Assembly: GCA_963692865.2 (NCBI GenBank)
Contig: OY843592.1
Location: 3,200,001-3,264,000, forward strand
Direction: 5' to 3'
From: a bacterium
GTDB lineage: Bacteria; UBA8248
Length of the DNA stretch: 64,000 bases
Shown: positions 61,181-64,000 of the stretch, one piece after another
Position numbering within the stretch: position 1 is the first letter of the stretch
How the letters are laid out: each line of letters starts with the position of its first letter
Translations under genes and position numbers: made by a program
Notes under the pieces: generated by a model
What the model was told of the DNA's origin: nothing
Databases searched by the model: none
Seen by the model: the letters and a program-made list of their open reading frames with translations, nothing else

Positions 61181-61376
61181 ATGTAATCAAAACGCATACA
61201 TTCGGCATCAAGCTGGAGGGTATTCAAGCATATGTGTGGCGAAAACGCAAGGGGAAACGGGGTGGGGAGTAACGGAAATATGGTATTATAAACAATCGTT
61301 TATCGTATATATACGAGGTCAATCGCACTATTGCGCGGCCAAGAGGTTCATGACAATGATTTATCGAATTGTTCAG
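61181..61376 (+). promoter_or_regulatory. Integrase-proximal att arm and putative attR core
   Basis: ATGTAATCAAAACGCA 16 bp upstream of the int start; IHF-like AAACAATCGTTTA; core repeat at 61360-61376. Confidence 0.6.
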
Positions 61377-61770
61377 GAATTCTTCGGGACTCCGAAGAGG
61401 TCGATTCCGGACGGGGAGCCGCCGGCCGCGCCCTGGCCGGAGGCGCGGACGCGCGGCCCCTGCGAACCGGGCCCGGCCGGTACGGAAGACCGCCCGCCGT
61501 GGACGAGCGAGCGGTTGCGCTTTCCCTCCCGAACCGTCCTTCCCATTCCCTCCTCCTCGCCTCGACGGAAACGGCGATCCCTCTCCACCCGGTCGGGACC
61601 GGTTCCCCGCGCGGGAGTATCGCCTACGCCGGCGAAAACCCCATGACGGCAAATGCGGGGAAATGCGCGGTTTGAAATTCACTCCACTTTTGAGAGTCAA
61701 TCCCGGCCTTAACGCGAAATATCGGTGGCGTATCGTGGAATAGGCGGGGCAAATCCAACCGATAAGGGCG

Positions 61771-61962
61771 TGTTGAAAAAGTCCGGGTTTCGTGATTCGG
61801 CGTATGGAGCCGACCGGGGAGGGGGCCTGTAGGGACAACCCCCTGTGGTTGTCCCTTGCAGAACAGGGCATCGGACAGGCACGGGGCCTGTCCCTACAAC
61901 CCTTGCGGCTTTGTTCGTCATCCCGGCGGTGGTCAATTCCGGCCGAAGAGGTCTTCTTCAAC
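61771..61962. mobile_element. MITE-like element containing a GTAG-type REP doublet
   Basis: Ends TGTTGAAAAAGTCC...GTCTTCTTCAAC; internal TGTAGGGACAACC..GGTTGTCCC and GGACAGGC..GCCTGTCCCTACA (61828-61898). Confidence 0.65.
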
Positions 61963-62191
61963 TACCCCCCACACGCGGCCCATGACCGGGAGGCGAAAAC
62001 AGGCGGGGCCGCAGGGAGCGATTGCCCGCGCGCGCGGCTTCGCCCGTCGCGCCGGAATCCGTTTCCGTCTTTTCGCTCTGCCGTACGGACGGCCTCCCCC
62101 GCCGGGGCGGATTTGACGAAACGCCCGTTCTCTTTCTATATTCATGATCGTCCAATGCGGGGAGAGGACCCTTTCCCAGGGGAGAGCGCGC

Positions 62192-62653
62192 ATGACGACG
62201 TATGAACACCTGAGCCTCGCCATCGGTTTCCTCAACCTCCTCGCCTCCTACGGCGGTCTGGCCCTCATCTACTACGGCATCCGCGTCATGGATCGCAACG
62301 CGGGGCAGCGCGCGGCGGATTCGGAGCGCAAGCACACGGAAACGATGACCGAATCGGGGCGCAGGTACGACGAAGCGATAACCGAATCCGAGCGCAGGCA
62401 TGACGAAGTGATGGCGGAGTCCAAACGCAGGCACGACGAAGTGATGGCGAAGTCCGAACGCAGGCATGAGGAGGCGATGGCCGAATCCCGGCGCAGGGAG
62501 GAAGACTCGGTCCGCAGGCACGAGGAGTCGATGGCCTCCCTGCGCGCACTCATCGACGGGCAGGCGGAAAGCCGGGCCTCGCTGCGCGAGTTGATCGCCG
62601 GGCAGGAAGAGAGCCGCATGGCCCTGCGCGAACTCATCGAACGAACCAGGTAA
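62192..62653 (+). CDS. Membrane-anchored coiled-coil protein with 11-aa repeats
   Basis: GGAG RBS; N-terminal TM; about six (E)SERRHDEVMA-type 33-bp repeats. Confidence 0.75.
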   Translation: MTTYEHLSLAIGFLNLLASYGGLALIYYGIRVMDRNAGQRAADSERKHTETMTESGRRYDEAITESERRHDEVMAESKRRHDEVMAKSERRHEEAMAESRRREEDSVRRHEESMASLRALIDGQAESRASLRELIAGQEESRMALRELIERTR

Positions 62654-62865
62654 TCCATTCCGGCCGATGCGGGAAGGGTTGCGCCTTCCCTTCTCTCTTG
62701 ATACGGCCCTCGCCGCGCTCGCGTCTGCTCGGGATGAGGCGAGTCGTTGCGCGCCGCCGGACTGATTCGGAACGAAGGGGGCTGTTCTCCTCACCCTGAG
62801 CAGCCGCCGCGCTCTCCTCTTCACCCTGAATAGCGGCGGAAGATCAAACGCGACCGAGAAGGGAT

Positions 62866-63046
62866 TGTTGAAAAAGTCCACCTCGCTCGGAATCGACCAC
62901 CGCCGTTATTCCGGCGAAAGCCGGAATCCATTCTCAAGCAGAATGGCAATACCCTGGCTTTTCATCTCTTCACCATTGGCGGGGATCAATCAGAAAATAA
63001 AAAAACAAAGGCAAAACAAATGGATTCCGGCTTTCGCCGGAATGAC
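62866..63046. repeat. Second MITE-like end with a palindromic REP-like doublet
   Basis: TGTTGAAAAAGTCC; GTTATTCCGGCGAAAGCCGGAATCCA (62905-62930) inverted against TGGATTCCGGCTTTCGCCGGAATGAC (63021-63046). Confidence 0.7.
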
Positions 63047-63126
63047 GATCAAAACCGAACCGCCTCGAAAGGAGAGATCGCGACTTCGGAAAGGCTAAAG
63101 GGCCTGTCCGCTACGCACCCCCTCCC

Positions 63127-64000
63127 CTAAAGCAGACCGGCCGCCCGCTCCAGTTCTTCTTCGGTGTTGTAGAAATGCGGCGCGAAGCGGAGGGCGTTGC
63201 CCCGCGCGCTGGCGATGACCCTCCTCTCGCGCAGGCGCGCCGCCGCCTTCTGCGGGTCGGGCGACGCGACGCTCACGATGGCGGCGCGCTCCTCCCAGGG
63301 CCGCGGCGTCAGAATCCTCTCGCCCCGCCCCTCCAGCAGTTCCATCAGATACGTCGTCAACTCCCGCACGCGCGCCTCGACGCGCGCAAGCCCCACCCTG
63401 CCGAGGAACTCGACCGAGCGGCCGAGCACCCACAATCCCAGGTAGTTGTGATTCCCGATCTCGAAGCGGCGGGCGTCCGGGGCGAGATCGACCTCCATCC
63501 GGGGGCGCGCGTCAGGAACCATGCCCGCGCGGGCGTAGAAAGGGGGCTTCATCCCGGGGATCAGGTCTTCGCGGCAATAGAGAAAGCCCGTGCCGGGCAG
63601 GCCGAGCAGGCCCTTGTGCCCGCCGCAGACCACGATGTCCGCCCCGAGGCTCGGCAAAGATGCCGAGAGGATTCCGACGCCCTGAATCGCATCCGTCATC
63701 AATATGATCCCCCGCTCGCGGCAGACCGCGCCCAGGGCGGGCAGGTCCACCCGGCAGCCCGTCCCGAAAGTCACGTAGGAGACCGCCGCGACGCGCGTCC
63801 GCCCGTCCATCGCCTCAATGAACGCCTCGGTCGGGAAGCGGCCGTCCCGGCTCCGCGCCCACCGCAGTTCGACGCCCCTCTCCTCCAGGCGTTTCAGGGC
63901 GTAGACCTGGTTCGGGTGGTCGGTTTCCGCCTGGACGACGTTGTCTCCCGCCCGGAGGTCCAGGGCGTGGACGGCGATGTTCAGACCCTCGGAAGTATTC
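63127..64000 (-). CDS. PLP-dependent aminotransferase class V / cysteine desulfurase-like protein (5' end outside the window)
   Basis: NTSEGLN at the window edge, DAIQ, GGHKGLLG (PLP Lys), RFAPHFYN. Confidence 0.88.
   Translation of the reverse strand, partial: NTSEGLNIAVHALDLRAGDNVVQAETDHPNQVYALKRLEERGVELRWARSRDGRFPTEAFIEAMDGRTRVAAVSYVTFGTGCRVDLPALGAVCRERGIILMTDAIQGVGILSASLPSLGADIVVCGGHKGLLGLPGTGFLYCREDLIPGMKPPFYARAGMVPDARPRMEVDLAPDARRFEIGNHNYLGLWVLGRSVEFLGRVGLARVEARVRELTTYLMELLEGRGERILTPRPWEERAAIVSVASPDPQKAAARLRERRVIASARGNALRFAPHFYNTEEELERAAGLL

Larger units (their letters stand above)
19433..61376. mobile_element. Integrative genomic island (~42 kb) with tandem tyrosine integrases
   Basis: Direct repeat TTTATCGAATTATCCAG (19433-19449) vs TTTATCGAATTGTTCAG (61360-61376), 15/17. 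Shared ATGTAATCAA.ACGCA near both ends; integrases at the right end; accessory cargo inside. Confidence 0.7.

Overview
Bacterial genomic window in three parts. (1) 1-19200 is host chromosome: CoA-transferase beta subunit, RraA-like aldolase, RlpA, YyaL, DUF488 and M20 peptidase, then a co-oriented run (alpha/beta hydrolase, DUF3604, PIG-L, FNR, enoyl-CoA hydratase, a divergent B12 acyl-CoA mutase subunit, AOR), then queE and two SDRs. (2) About 19430-61376 is a ~42 kb genomic island. It is bounded by a 15/17 direct repeat (TTTATCGAATT.t.CAG) and ends in two tandem, apparently intact Arm-type tyrosine integrases. It carries a phase-variable (currently OFF) FN3/PPC/Calx-beta autotransporter with an all-in-one HK-REC-wHTH regulator, and a subtilase lipoprotein-autotransporter followed by two paralogous Cys-rich lipoproteins. 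It also carries a membrane protein + caspase-like pair, a DUF433/DUF5615 toxin-antitoxin pair, a complete type I-B (Myxan-like) CRISPR-Cas locus (44 full repeats + 1 partial) and a leading-region-like block (ssb, DUF4326, DUF2493, long hairpin). (3) 61400-64000 holds REP/MITE-like elements, a coiled-coil repeat gene and a partial PLP class V enzyme. The most notable unexplained signal is a conserved non-coding element (core ATGTAATCAAAACG..AGCG...AATT..A.CCCTGCGCA) repeated in the same orientation at about 19.5, 30.4, 33.1 and 37.1 kb. Its core motif also lies directly upstream of the integrase pair. The copies sit between the cargo modules, which suggests an integrase-driven, cassette-accreting island. 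All calls were made by eye; no database searches were run.
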